This document shows, in pieces, positions 26,432-35,820 of a stretch of DNA of 64,000 nt. The translations under genes and the position numbers were made by a program. Under the pieces are notes generated by a model, which was not told where the DNA came from, did not search any database, and saw nothing but the letters and a program-made list of their open reading frames with translations. Origin of the DNA: Subdoligranulum variabile (lineage in GTDB: Bacteria; Bacillota; Clostridia; Oscillospirales; Ruminococcaceae). The stretch covers positions 23,184 to 87,183 of the forward strand of contig SFKI01000010.1 in NCBI GenBank assembly GCA_004554775.1. Reading direction: 5' to 3'. The first letter of the stretch is position 1. Every line of letters begins with the position of its first letter.

Positions 26432-27406
26432 ATGTCTTTGAAAATTGCCGTATTATCGACGAGCCGGATCGTGGCGGAGGTCATGCGCGAGGTCGGGGCG
26501 TGGCCGGAGGTGGACGTGGCGGCCATCATCTGCCGCCCGCAGAGTGCCGACAAGGGCCGCGCGTGGGCGGAGCAATACAACGTACCTGCGCTGTATACCG
26601 ACGAGGACGCGGCCTATGCGGCGGGCGGGTTCGAGGCCGTTTACATCGGCACGGCCAACCACCTGCACTACGCGGCGGCCAAAAAAGCGCTGCTGGCGGG
26701 GTATCATGTGCTGCTTGAAAAGCCGTTCACCGCCACCGCCGCCGAGGCGCGCGAGCTGTTCGCGCTGGCCGATGCGCGCGGGCTGGTGCTGATGGAGGCC
26801 ATCACGATCCCGTACCTGCCGCAGTACGCGTTTTTGCAGGCCGAGCTGCCCAAGATCGGCCCCGTGCGCGGCGCGATGGCCAGCTTTTGCGCCCGCAGCG
26901 CCCGCTACGACGACTATCTGAACGGCATCTGGAACACCACGTTTGACCCGGCCTGCCTGGGCGGCGCGCTCAACGACATGAACGTCTACAACCTGCACCT
27001 GCTGTGCGGCCTGCTGGGCCTGCCCGACCGCGCCGAGTACCGCCCCAGCTGCGGGCCAAACGGCATAGATACTGCCGGCCTGGCACTGCTGGACTACGGC
27101 GGGTTCACCGCCGCCGCCCTGGCCGCCAAGGACAGCGAGGGCCGCAACGGTCTGGTGCTGCAAGGGCCGGGCGGGTATCTGGTCGTCGAGGGCGGCACCA
27201 ACGCACTGCCCGTGGTTTACAGCGTGCTGGGCGGCGTACGCGGCGGCGGCACCCGCACCGACGGCCCTGCGCCCGCGCGGCACCGCATGGCGTATGAATT
27301 TGCGGAATTTGCACGAATCATCGCACAAAAGGACACCGCCGCCGAAGCCGCCGCGCGGATGCGCACGATGCAGGTGATGAATTTGCTGGATGTGCTGCAT
27401 CAGTAA
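26432..27406 (+). CDS. Gfo/Idh/MocA family oxidoreductase
   Basis: The N-terminal Rossmann region is KIAVLSTSRIVAEV. GTANHLHYAAAKKALLAGYHVLLEKPF is the family signature region. Confidence 0.85.
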   Translation: MSLKIAVLSTSRIVAEVMREVGAWPEVDVAAIICRPQSADKGRAWAEQYNVPALYTDEDAAYAAGGFEAVYIGTANHLHYAAAKKALLAGYHVLLEKPFTATAAEARELFALADARGLVLMEAITIPYLPQYAFLQAELPKIGPVRGAMASFCARSARYDDYLNGIWNTTFDPACLGGALNDMNVYNLHLLCGLLGLPDRAEYRPSCGPNGIDTAGLALLDYGGFTAAALAAKDSEGRNGLVLQGPGGYLVVEGGTNALPVVYSVLGGVRGGGTRTDGPAPARHRMAYEFAEFARIIAQKDTAAEAAARMRTMQVMNLLDVLHQ

Positions 27407-27528
27407 GGCTGCTAAGAAAGGCCCCCCTGGTAGGGGGTCTTTGTGGTATCCGCGCAAAATAAAATGTATAAAACCCCCGCGCCCGGCCCACAATAACGGC
27501 AAATACAATGCCGAAAGGGACGGGGACG

Positions 27529-28236
27529 ATGGAGCATTTCAAGCAATTTTTCAAGCAAAAGGGGCTGTATCTGGCCTGCCTGGCGGTGGTGTTTGCGGCC
27601 ACGGCGGCGGGGGTGCTGGCGCTGCGCAGCATCCTGAACCACGTTGTGGAACTGGCCAACACCGCGCAGGAGGAAGCCCCATGGCAAGACGATACGACCG
27701 TAAACAAGCCCGATACGACCCAGCCCGAGCCTGCGCGTACGCCTGCGCCTGCCTCGTCGGCCTCGCCGTCGCCGGATGCTGCTTCCAGTGCGCCCGCAGC
27801 ATCGCCCGCACCCGCCGCTTCTGCCGCGCCGTCCGGCTCTGCGGGCGGGTCGCCGGGCTTCTGGCGCGGTAAGGTGCTGGCCCCCTACAGCGGCGATGAG
27901 CTTGTCTACAATGCGACCCTTGGCGACTGGCGCACCCACAACGGCGTGGATGTGTCCGCCGCGGCTGGCGAAAAGGTGCCCGCCGTGCGTGCCGGCCGCG
28001 TGACGCTGGTGGATGCGGACGCCCTTTGGGGCGGCGTGGTCGAGGTCTGCGACGCCGAGGGCCGCGTGTGGCGGTACTGCGGCGTGGACGGGAGCTGCGT
28101 TGTGGGGGATGCGGTTGCCGCGGGGGATGTGCTCGGCACAGCCGGTGCGATACCCGCCGAGGCGGATCTTGACGGACATGTGCATTTGGAGTGCCTGGAG
28201 GGGGATGGCTCCTGGGTGGAGCCGGGGATTAAATAA
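27529..28236 (+). CDS. M23 family metallopeptidase with N-terminal membrane anchor and Pro/Ala/Ser-rich linker
   Basis: The TM segment is GLYLACLAVVFAATAAGVLAL. The linker is PAS-rich. HNGVD is the HxxxD motif and HVHLE is the HxH motif. Confidence 0.8.
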   Translation: MEHFKQFFKQKGLYLACLAVVFAATAAGVLALRSILNHVVELANTAQEEAPWQDDTTVNKPDTTQPEPARTPAPASSASPSPDAASSAPAASPAPAASAAPSGSAGGSPGFWRGKVLAPYSGDELVYNATLGDWRTHNGVDVSAAAGEKVPAVRAGRVTLVDADALWGGVVEVCDAEGRVWRYCGVDGSCVVGDAVAAGDVLGTAGAIPAEADLDGHVHLECLEGDGSWVEPGIK

Positions 28237-28245
28237 CTGTTTTAC

Positions 28246-28384
28246 CGGGCGTTGCCACCTTGCGGCAACGCCCTTTTATAATGGGCTGCTTCCATTAGTC
28301 CTTCCTTTTTGGGTGTCCAAAAAGGAAGGACTGGCGGGGGAAGCCCATGACAAGAGGGGGCACCGCAAGGTGGTGCCCCCGCCA
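28246..28384. repeat. Mosaic repeat block M8 (minimal form: T - D - inverted T)
   Basis: T hairpin at 28247-28273 with a stem identical to 22384 and 26049. The D hairpin lies at about 28301-28330. The inverted T is GGGGGCACC-GCAAGGT-GGTGCCCCC at about 28358-28382. Confidence 0.85.
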
Positions 28385-28418
28385 GCCGCGAAACGAAACG
28401 AAAACACGCAAAAAAATA

Positions 28419-28447
28419 TTGCAATTCCCTTGCGCATCGTGTATGAT
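28419..28447 (+). promoter_or_regulatory. Sigma70-like extended -10 promoter for prfC
   Basis: TTGCAA (28419-28424), 17 nt spacer ending in TG, TATGAT (28442-28447). Confidence 0.5.
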
Positions 28448-28482
28448 ATAGGGTGATATTTATAGTAGAGGAGTATGCCCCG

Positions 28483-30096
28483 ATGGCATCATTGCGCGAA
28501 GAAATTGAATCCCGGCGCACGTTTGCGATCATCTCGCACCCGGACGCCGGTAAAACGACCTTGACCGAAAAACTCCTGCTTTACGGTGGGGCCATCCAGA
28601 CGGCTGGCTCCGTCAAGGGCAAGCAGAGCGCCAAGCACGCGGTCTCGGACTGGATGGATATTGAAAAACAGCGCGGAATTAGCGTTACATCGTCTGTTTT
28701 GCAGTTCAACTACCAGGGCAAGTGCATCAACATCCTGGACACCCCCGGCCACCAGGACTTCTCTGAGGATACCTACCGCACCCTGATGGCCGCCGACTGC
28801 GCCGTCATGGTCATCGACGCGGCCAAGGGCGTTGAGGCACAGACCATCAAGCTGTTCAAGGTTTGCACGCTGCGCCACATCCCCATCTTCACCTTCGTCA
28901 ACAAAATGGACCGCGAGGCCCGCGACCCGTTTGAGCTGATGGAGAACATCGAGGAGATCTTGGGCATCAAAACCTACCCCATGAACTGGCCCATCAGCTG
29001 CGGCAAGGATTTTAAGGGCGTGTACGACCGCAATGCCAAGCGCGTACTGGCGTTCGAGAGCGATGGCCGCGCCAACGGCGTCAAGATGGTCGATGAGATC
29101 GAGGCCGAGCTGGGCGACCCCGCGCTGGATACGCTGATCGGCGCGGCGAACCACCAGAAGCTGGCCGATGACATTGAACTTTTGGACGGTGCAGCGGAAG
29201 AATTTGACCTTGCCGCCGTGCAGCACGGCGAATTGAGCCCCGTGTTTTTCGGCTCGGCTTTGACCAACTTCGGCGTGGAGCCGTTTTTGAAGGAATTTTT
29301 GCGCCTGACCCCGACCCCGCTGCCCCGCAAGGACAGCGTGAGCGGCGAGCTGGTTGACCCGTGCAGTGAACAGTTCAGCGGCTTTGTGTTCAAAATTCAG
29401 GCCAACATGAACAAAAACCACCGCGACCGCATCGCGTTTCTGCGCATCTGCTCGGGCAAATTCGAGCGCGGCATGGAGGCCTTCCACGTGCAGGAGGGCA
29501 AAAACATCAAGCTTGCCACCGGCACCAGCCTGATGGCCGACGACCGCGCCATCGTCAGCGAGGCCTACGCGGGCGACATTATCGGCCTGTTTGACCCGGG
29601 CGTGTTCTCCATCGGCGACACGCTGTGCACCGGCAAAAAGCACGTGCAGTTCGCGGGCATCCCGACCTTCGCGCCCGAGCACTTCGCGCGCGTGACCCAG
29701 GTCGACACGATGAAGCGCAAGCAGTTCGTCAAGGGCATGGAGCAGATCGCCCAGGAGGGCGCCATCCAGATCTTCCGCGACCTCGGCGCCGGTATGGAGG
29801 AGGTCGTCGTCGGCGTGGTCGGCGTGCTGCAATTGGAAGTGCTGGAGTACCGCCTGAAAAACGAGTACAATGTCGATATCCGGATGCAGACGCTGCCCTA
29901 CGAGCACCTGCGCTGGGTGCTGAACGACCCCGACGAGATCGACTTGAAGCATCTGGATCTGACCAGCGACACGCGGGCCATCGAGGACATGCGCGGCAAC
30001 CCGCTGCTGCTGTTTGGCAGCCCGTGGAGCATCAACTGGGCCGAGCAGCACAACGAAAAGCTGCGCCTGTCCGAGTTTGGCAACCTGACGTTTTAA
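28483..30096 (+). CDS. prfC: Peptide chain release factor 3 (translational GTPase)
   Basis: RRTFAIISHPDAGKTTLTEKLLLYGGAIQTAG (G1), DTPGHQDF (G3) and NKMD (G4) match RF3-type N- and C-terminal regions. Confidence 0.93.
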   Translation: MASLREEIESRRTFAIISHPDAGKTTLTEKLLLYGGAIQTAGSVKGKQSAKHAVSDWMDIEKQRGISVTSSVLQFNYQGKCINILDTPGHQDFSEDTYRTLMAADCAVMVIDAAKGVEAQTIKLFKVCTLRHIPIFTFVNKMDREARDPFELMENIEEILGIKTYPMNWPISCGKDFKGVYDRNAKRVLAFESDGRANGVKMVDEIEAELGDPALDTLIGAANHQKLADDIELLDGAAEEFDLAAVQHGELSPVFFGSALTNFGVEPFLKEFLRLTPTPLPRKDSVSGELVDPCSEQFSGFVFKIQANMNKNHRDRIAFLRICSGKFERGMEAFHVQEGKNIKLATGTSLMADDRAIVSEAYAGDIIGLFDPGVFSIGDTLCTGKKHVQFAGIPTFAPEHFARVTQVDTMKRKQFVKGMEQIAQEGAIQIFRDLGAGMEEVVVGVVGVLQLEVLEYRLKNEYNVDIRMQTLPYEHLRWVLNDPDEIDLKHLDLTSDTRAIEDMRGNPLLLFGSPWSINWAEQHNEKLRLSEFGNLTF

Positions 30097-30108
30097 GGGG
30101 GCCGCACT

Positions 30109-30993
30109 GTGCTGACAAAACTGAAAAAGCACGTGACACCGAAACAAATATGGGGCGACCTCGTGTTTTTTGCGCTGCTGAACCTGGGGCTGATCGCCAC
30201 GGCGGCGGGCATTGCGCTGTTTAAAACGCCCAACCACTTTGCGTTTGGCGGCACGTCGGGCCTGTCCATCGTGCTGGCGACGCTCTTCCCAAAATTTAAC
30301 GTAGGTTCGTTTATGTGGGTGGTCAACGCCGTGCTGGTGGTGCTGGGGTTTCTCTTTTTGGGCATACGTTCCATGGGGTGGACGATCTACTCGTCGTTCG
30401 CGCTCTCGTTCTACGTCAGCGCGTTTGAGTGGGCGTTCCCGCTGACCCATCCGCTGACCAACGACGTGTTTTTGGAGCTGTGCTACGCGGTCATTTTGTC
30501 GGCGGTGGGCGCGGCGATCGTCTTTAACATTGGCGCGTCTACGGGCGGAACCGACATAGTAGCGATGATTTTGAACAAGTACACCTCGATGCCGGTGGGC
30601 CGCGCCCTGATGGTGAGCGACCTTGGCATCGTGCTGGCGGGCGCGTACCTGTACGGCCCGGCGACCGGCCTGTACTGCATCTTGGGCATGATTTTGAAAA
30701 GCACGGTCGCGGACTCGGCCATCGAGGGCATCAACCTGCGCAAGGTTTGCACGGTGGTCACGAGCCGCCCCGAGCCGGTGCGGGATTTTATCGTCAACGA
30801 GCTGCACCGCTCTGCCACCATGGAGCAGGCCCAGGGCGCGTACACCCACGACGAAAAGTGGGTGCTGATCACGGTCTTGACCCGCGGCCAGGCACAAAAG
30901 CTGCGGCTGTTCGTACATTCTTTGGACGAGCACGCGTTTATTACGATCGTGAATAGCAGTGAGATCGTGGGGAAAGGGTTTCGCTCGATTTGA
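30109..30993 (+). CDS. YitT family membrane protein (DUF2179 C-terminal domain)
   Basis: GTG start. The N-terminal half is multi-TM and contains FAFGGTSGLS. The C-terminal soluble domain is TVVTSRPEPVRDFIVNELHRSATMEQAQGAY. Confidence 0.8.
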   Translation: MLTKLKKHVTPKQIWGDLVFFALLNLGLIATAAGIALFKTPNHFAFGGTSGLSIVLATLFPKFNVGSFMWVVNAVLVVLGFLFLGIRSMGWTIYSSFALSFYVSAFEWAFPLTHPLTNDVFLELCYAVILSAVGAAIVFNIGASTGGTDIVAMILNKYTSMPVGRALMVSDLGIVLAGAYLYGPATGLYCILGMILKSTVADSAIEGINLRKVCTVVTSRPEPVRDFIVNELHRSATMEQAQGAYTHDEKWVLITVLTRGQAQKLRLFVHSLDEHAFITIVNSSEIVGKGFRSI

Positions 30994-31007
30994 AAACCCT
31001 GCCACGC

Positions 31008-31145
31008 CAGAGGGGCCACCTTGCGGCCCCTCTTTTTTTAGAAGGCTTCTTCCGGGAAGCCTTCCTTTTTTGTGACCAAAAAAGGAAAGCCTAGCGGGGG
31101 AATCCCTCTTGATTAAGGGTGTCCCCGCAGGGTGGGGACACCCGC
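31008..31145. repeat. Mosaic repeat block M9 (minimal form T - D - inverted T)
   Basis: AGAGGGGCC-ACCTTGC-GGCCCCTCT (31009-33) plus a T7 run. The D hairpin lies at about 31062-31090. GGGTGTCCCC-GCAGGGT-GGGGACACCC lies at about 31116-31143. Confidence 0.85.
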
Positions 31146-31308
31146 CGGAGTGGTGCTCCCCGCCAGGGGGGTGTTTCCCGCCGGATACATACTTTGAAAC
31201 CAGCAAAACACCCGGGGTGTCTGCAACTGGTTGCAAAGTTTTACAAACAGTTAAAAATAACATATCTATGTAATATATTAAACTGTTTTTCTAGTTGTAG
31301 AGTTTTGT

Positions 31309-32631
31309 CTACGCGCGTGCGGACGCGATGGTCAATTGCTCAACAATGCCGGGGGCCTGCTCGGGCGCGTACCAAATTGCGTAGCTGCCTTTGTGCCCCT
31401 GGCGGATCGTGCTGTTTTCCAGCTGCATCCCGCGTGCCGCGTTGCGCATCGTCCCTTCACTGATGCCCTCTTTTTTGCCTGCGGCGATGGCATCGTTCAC
31501 CCGGACCCACCCCGGGGTCTTGAGCAGTTCGCCCAGCAGGCCCACCGCACGGTCGCGGGTGGTGGGGGCCGGGCCGCGCGGCGCTGACAGCCGCGGGCGG
31601 ATGATCTCGTCGGCGGTAAAGTCACATTTGTCCATAATTTCTACACCGCCGTCGCGGATGGCAAAGCGCATGCTGGGGCCTGCCGGGCCAAGGCTGTTTT
31701 TGTCCTGGGCAAACACGCGGGTGTCCGGGTCCTCGGGGTCGTTGCCTGCAAAAATGATGCTTCGCGCCGCGTTGCGGAAATCGCTGGAGCCTAAAATGCG
31801 GTCGCTGGCCGAGCCTGCCGCCAGGCTGGGCTTGTTGATGTGGCTGATAAGCAGCACCGCGCAGTGATGCCGCGCCGCGAACCGCGCCAGGTAGTCCATC
31901 ATGGGGCGCACGTCGTCGGCCTGGTTCATTTTTACGTGCTTTTCCAGGTAGCTCTGGATCGGGTCGAACACCACCAGCGCCGGGTGGCAGGTGGGGTTCT
32001 GCGCAAGCTGCTCCAAGCGCGGGTCGCACATCGTTACGGTGGGTGCATCGCTGATTTGTGTCGCTACGGCGATGTTTTCCATCCGTGCACCGAGCTTTTC
32101 CAGGCGCGGGGCCAGCACGATGTGCGGGTCGTTTTCCTGGGTGAAGTAGTACACCAGCCCGGGCTGGCCGTCCCTTGCGGCGCGCCCGGCGCTGATGTCG
32201 GCGGCCCATTTCAGCGCCAGCCAGGTCTTGCCCGCGCCCGCCACGCCCGCCAAAATCGTGATGGCATCCAGCGGCAGATACGGCTCGATCAGGTACTCGG
32301 CCTGCCGCGTTTCCACGTACGCCATCGGCGTCAGGCCCACCTCGTGCATCGCTTCGCGCCGCTTGGCCGCCCGCGCGATCGTCAGGCAATAGCCGGGGTC
32401 GGCCTCCCAGTTGGATAGATAAGTGTTGCATCGCTCCTCGTACTCCTGCGGGGGCATCCCCTGCTCTAAGGCGCGCGCACGCAGCAGCTTCATGCGGCGC
32501 AGGCGCTCGGAATCGTCGGGCGTATTGAGAGCATCGAAGAAAGTAAGCGGAGCGGCCAAGAGCGATTTATCCATGCCGTGCAGCTTGGCGTCGAACACTT
32601 GCGGCTCCAGTGTCAATTCATTGGTCAGCAT
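31309..32631 (-). CDS. RecA-like AAA_25 (RepA-type) ATPase with C-terminal winged-helix region. Phage or plasmid replication/helicase-like
   Basis: ITILAGVAGAGKTWLALKWAADIS is Walker A. ALVVFDPIQSYL is Walker B-like. LLISHINK is present. The start at MLTNE follows an AAGGAGG RBS. Confidence 0.75.
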   Translation of the reverse strand: MLTNELTLEPQVFDAKLHGMDKSLLAAPLTFFDALNTPDDSERLRRMKLLRARALEQGMPPQEYEERCNTYLSNWEADPGYCLTIARAAKRREAMHEVGLTPMAYVETRQAEYLIEPYLPLDAITILAGVAGAGKTWLALKWAADISAGRAARDGQPGLVYYFTQENDPHIVLAPRLEKLGARMENIAVATQISDAPTVTMCDPRLEQLAQNPTCHPALVVFDPIQSYLEKHVKMNQADDVRPMMDYLARFAARHHCAVLLISHINKPSLAAGSASDRILGSSDFRNAARSIIFAGNDPEDPDTRVFAQDKNSLGPAGPSMRFAIRDGGVEIMDKCDFTADEIIRPRLSAPRGPAPTTRDRAVGLLGELLKTPGWVRVNDAIAAGKKEGISEGTMRNAARGMQLENSTIRQGHKGSYAIWYAPEQAPGIVEQLTIASARA

Positions 32632-32808
32632 TGGGTCCTCCTTGTCAATTTGCGTTGTATTGCACACTACTTATAGTAGTATTATAACGCGGTCGCACTG
32701 CACTTTACAATGAAATACCGCTGAAAATTTACTGAAACCGCAGTGAAGCGGATTTTTTGGAAAAAGGGCTTGTTATAGGACTGCTAAATAAAACTTTTCG
32801 GAAGTATA

Positions 32809-32837
32809 TTGACAACTATTGGTAGTTGTACTATGAT
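32809..32837 (+). promoter_or_regulatory. Sigma70-like promoter with embedded inverted repeat, upstream of the phage regulator gene
   Basis: TTGACA (32809-14), 17 nt spacer, TATGAT (32832-37). The spacer contains CAACTA-N4-TAGTTG (32813-32828). Confidence 0.5.
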
Positions 32838-32921
32838 GGGGGTACTGACAAGGATGGACGGCAAAAACGTGGCGGTGCAAACCCGCCGCAGCAAAATCAG
32901 ACACTGGAAAGGACAGGACAT

Positions 32922-33362
32922 ATGAACTACAAGGAAAAAATCACGTGGCTGCAACGATATCTGAAGGCGCGGGAGCAGGCGCGCTTTCTGGGGGACTGCG
33001 CGCAGGAGATGGAAGCCGAGGCCGAGGGCATGCGCACGCGGCTGGATGGGATGCCCGGGGCCGGGCGGGACACGGCGCGGTTGGCACGAAGCGTGGAAAA
33101 GGTCGAAGAAACGCGGAAAATGGCGGACGCCGCGCTTGACCGCTGCGCCGAGCTGCGCATTGAACTGGTGGCCGAGCTGGCGAAGGTGCAGCATCCGCTG
33201 GCGCAGGAGGTGCTGCGCCGCCGCTACATCAACGGCGAAAGCTACGCCGAGATCTGCGACGCGCTGGCCCTGGTGGAGCGCCGCGTCTACCAGCTGCACC
33301 GCCTGGGCGTGAACAAGGTGTGCGAGGACGGGCAGCACCGGCCGGAGAAAGAAGTTCAGTAA
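32922..33362 (+). CDS. Phage late-gene regulator with sigma-70 region-4-like HTH (DUF1492/RinA-like, tentative)
   Basis: The C-terminus is LAQEVLRRRYINGESYAEICDALALVERRVYQLHRLGVNKV, a region-4-type HTH. The gene sits directly upstream of the packaging genes. Confidence 0.65.
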   Translation: MNYKEKITWLQRYLKAREQARFLGDCAQEMEAEAEGMRTRLDGMPGAGRDTARLARSVEKVEETRKMADAALDRCAELRIELVAELAKVQHPLAQEVLRRRYINGESYAEICDALALVERRVYQLHRLGVNKVCEDGQHRPEKEVQ

Positions 33363-33380
33363 GATTACAGTTGGATTTCA

Positions 33381-33698
33381 TTGCAAAATACAACTAAAAG
33401 TGGTAATATGGTAGCATCGAAACTCGTGGAAGGGCAGCGGCCTGGCCACGGGTTTTTGTTTTGCAATTTTGCCGGGAGGTGGGCTGAAATCGAACAGGTA
33501 ACAGAGGAAAACGTCATCGCCGAGCTGGCGGGCATCGCGTTTGACGACGGTTGTGGCGATGGTTGTAATTTGGTTGTAAAAACCGCCGACAAGCTGCGCG
33601 CGCTGGAGCTGCTGTACAAGTATCTGGGCCTGGGGGATAAGGGCGGCGGCTTGGATAAGGTGGTGATTGTGGATGATGTTGGAGGGGACGCACGCTGA
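33381..33698 (+). CDS. Terminase small subunit, C-terminal fragment only (probably truncated or non-functional)
   Basis: ...VKTADKLRALELLYKYLGLGDK matches the conserved C-terminal oligomerisation motif of Terminase_2-type TerS (xDKLKALEMLGKHLGxF). The N-terminal DNA-binding HTH is absent. The RBS is weak and the start is unclear. Confidence 0.5.
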   Translation: MQNTTKSGNMVASKLVEGQRPGHGFLFCNFAGRWAEIEQVTEENVIAELAGIAFDDGCGDGCNLVVKTADKLRALELLYKYLGLGDKGGGLDKVVIVDDVGGDAR

Positions 33699-33724
33699 CG
33701 GCCTGGGAAGCACCGGGAGGCCAC

Positions 33725-34150
33725 ATTTTTGTAGGGGCGAGCATCGCTCGCCCGCGGGATTTTGCACTGCCGCTAAACTGCACGGGCGAACAATGCTCGC
33801 CCCTACAGCCCTTGTATGGTTGCCCCCCTACAACCAACCGTGCAATTTCACGTTGAGGTAAATGCCCACGGGCGGATATGGAATCCGCCCCTACGCCAAC
33901 ATGATTTTGGCCCCGGAGGGGTTAATCGGAGAAGAAACAAAAAGCGTTAAGAAACGTGCAGCACTCCTGCACGTTTTAGCTTTTTGTTTTTTCGACCACA
34001 TCTTTGGGGTTCTTAGGGGCGAGCGCTTGGCGGCGCACAACGAGCGCCGCCAGTTTGCTGCGCAAACCCGCTCGTGCGGTTATTCGCCCCGCTGGGGCGT
34101 TGGGTAGCATCCCATTAAAAAGGGTGTCCCCGCAGGGTGGGGACACCCGC
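33725..34150. repeat. Mosaic repeat block M10, between the terS fragment and terL
   Basis: GTAG-hairpins at 33731-33753 (+), 33784-33806 (-) and 33870-33894 (-). The y, C and F modules are present. The T hairpin GGGTGTCCCC-GCAGGGT-GGGGACACCC lies at about 34121-34148. Confidence 0.85.
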
Positions 34151-34179
34151 CGCGCAGCATAATTAAAGGAGTTATAAAA

Positions 34180-35424
34180 ATGGATATTTATCTCACACAA
34201 ACAATTCCGGAAGTCTTTCACCCAGTGCATAGGCAGATCCGGTCCGGCGGCATCAAGGAGGTCGTTGCCAAGGGCGGGCGCGGGTCGGGCAAGTCGAGCT
34301 ACCTGTCGCTGGAGGTGGTGTATCAGCTGCTGCGGCACCCCGATTGCCATGCCGTCGTGCTGCGCAAGGTGGCCGGGACGCTGCGCAACAGCGTGTATAA
34401 CCAGATCGTCTGGGCCATTGATGCACTGGGGTGCACGGCGTATTTCCGCTGCACGGTTTCGCCGATGGAATGTACTTATTTGCCTACCGGGCAGAAGATC
34501 CTCTTCTTCGGCCTGGACGACGCGGGCAAGCTGAAAAGCTTAAAACTTCCGTTCGGCAGCGTCGGCATCTGCTGGTTCGAGGAGCTTGACCAGTTCGACG
34601 GCCCCGAGGAGGTGCGCAACGTTGAACAGAGTATTTTTCGCGGCGGACAGTACAGCCTGACGCTAAAAAGCTTTAACCCGCCCGCCATGGCGCGCAGCTG
34701 GGTCAACCGCTATGCACGCGAACCGCGAGATGGAAAATTGGTGCATCACTCGACCTACCGGGACCTGCCGCCTGCCCTGCTTGGCGAGCGCTTTTGGGCC
34801 GATGCCGAGCATCTGCGCGCGACCAACCCCGAGGCCTACCGCCATGAGTACGGCGGCGAAGTGGTGGGCAGCGGCGCGGCGGTGTTTGGCAACCTGCGGC
34901 TGCGCGCGGTGCCGGATGAAGAAATTTTGACGTACGACCGTATTTATCACGGCGTGGACTGGGGCTGGTGGCCCGACCCTTGGGCCTACAACGCCTGCGC
35001 GTACGACCCGGCGCGGCGTCGGCTGGTGATTTTTGACGAACTGACGCGATTTCGCACCCCCAACGCCGAGACCGCCCGGCTGCTGATCGCCCGCGGCGTG
35101 GGCGGCGACGACGGCGGGTTCCTCATCGCGGACGGCGCCGAGCCGAAATCCTGCGCCGACTACCGCGCTGCCGGGCTGCCCTGCCGCGCCGCCCGCAAAG
35201 GCCCCGGCAGCCTGCGCGAAAGCATGAAATGGCTGCAGGGCCTGGCCGAGATCGTGATCGACCCGGCGCGATGCCCGGACACCGCGCGGGAGTTTTGCGA
35301 GTACGAGTATGCGAAAGATGCACGTACGGGCGAGGTTTTTGGCGGGTTTGTCGATGCGGGGAATCACCATATTGATGCGGTGAGGTATGCGGTGGAGGTG
35401 GTTTGGAGAAGGAGAGGAGCGTGA
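34180..35424 (+). CDS. Terminase large subunit (PBSX/Terminase_3-like)
   Basis: VVAKGGRGSGKSSYLSLEVV is Walker A. CWFEELDQF is Walker B-like. The C-terminal nuclease region contains HIDAVRYA. Confidence 0.9.
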   Translation: MDIYLTQTIPEVFHPVHRQIRSGGIKEVVAKGGRGSGKSSYLSLEVVYQLLRHPDCHAVVLRKVAGTLRNSVYNQIVWAIDALGCTAYFRCTVSPMECTYLPTGQKILFFGLDDAGKLKSLKLPFGSVGICWFEELDQFDGPEEVRNVEQSIFRGGQYSLTLKSFNPPAMARSWVNRYAREPRDGKLVHHSTYRDLPPALLGERFWADAEHLRATNPEAYRHEYGGEVVGSGAAVFGNLRLRAVPDEEILTYDRIYHGVDWGWWPDPWAYNACAYDPARRRLVIFDELTRFRTPNAETARLLIARGVGGDDGGFLIADGAEPKSCADYRAAGLPCRAARKGPGSLRESMKWLQGLAEIVIDPARCPDTAREFCEYEYAKDARTGEVFGGFVDAGNHHIDAVRYAVEVVWRRRGA

Positions 35425-35442
35425 TTTTGCGTTGCGCGCTTG

Positions 35443-35775
35443 ACGATTGTCCCCACCTTGCGGGGACAACCTTTTATAGCGTCATTCTGCCGGTAGTTCT
35501 TCCTTTTTGGACACCCAAAAAGGAAGCGAAAAAGGTGCCCGCTACTTCCGATAGCGCGGGAGGCCCGGCTTAGGGGACTGCGGGGTTGCGAGCAAGGGGC
35601 CACAGTTGAGCGCAGCGAAACTGGGGAGCGAGCAATGTTCGCCCCAGCGGGGCGAATAACCGCACGAGCGGGTTTGCTATCCGCCCGAGGAGTTTTACGG
35701 TGGCGCAGGATTCTTGCGGGCGAGCATTGTTCGCCCCTACAAGGGTTAAAGGCTCCACTTTGAGGGAAGCTTTTA
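35443..35775. repeat. Mosaic repeat block M11, between terL and portal
   Basis: The T hairpin TTGTCCCC-ACCTTGC-GGGGACAA spans 35447-35469. D and F modules follow. The class-A REP is truncated (only ..TATCCGCCC remains, at about 35678-35687). A class-B GTAG-hairpin lies at 35718-35740 (-). A w hairpin is present. Confidence 0.85.
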
Positions 35776-35820
35776 GAAGAACGCAACAAAAATCTATATA
35801 ATTAAACAAAAGGAGGAAAT

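Noticed and set aside
28489-31263. A 924-aa minus-strand ORF spanning prfC and the YitT-family gene.
   Set aside because: It is a shadow ORF in high-GC DNA. It crosses an intergenic gap and two clearly identifiable plus-strand genes with conserved GTPase motifs. Its sequence is low-complexity and rich in R, A, G, H and Q.
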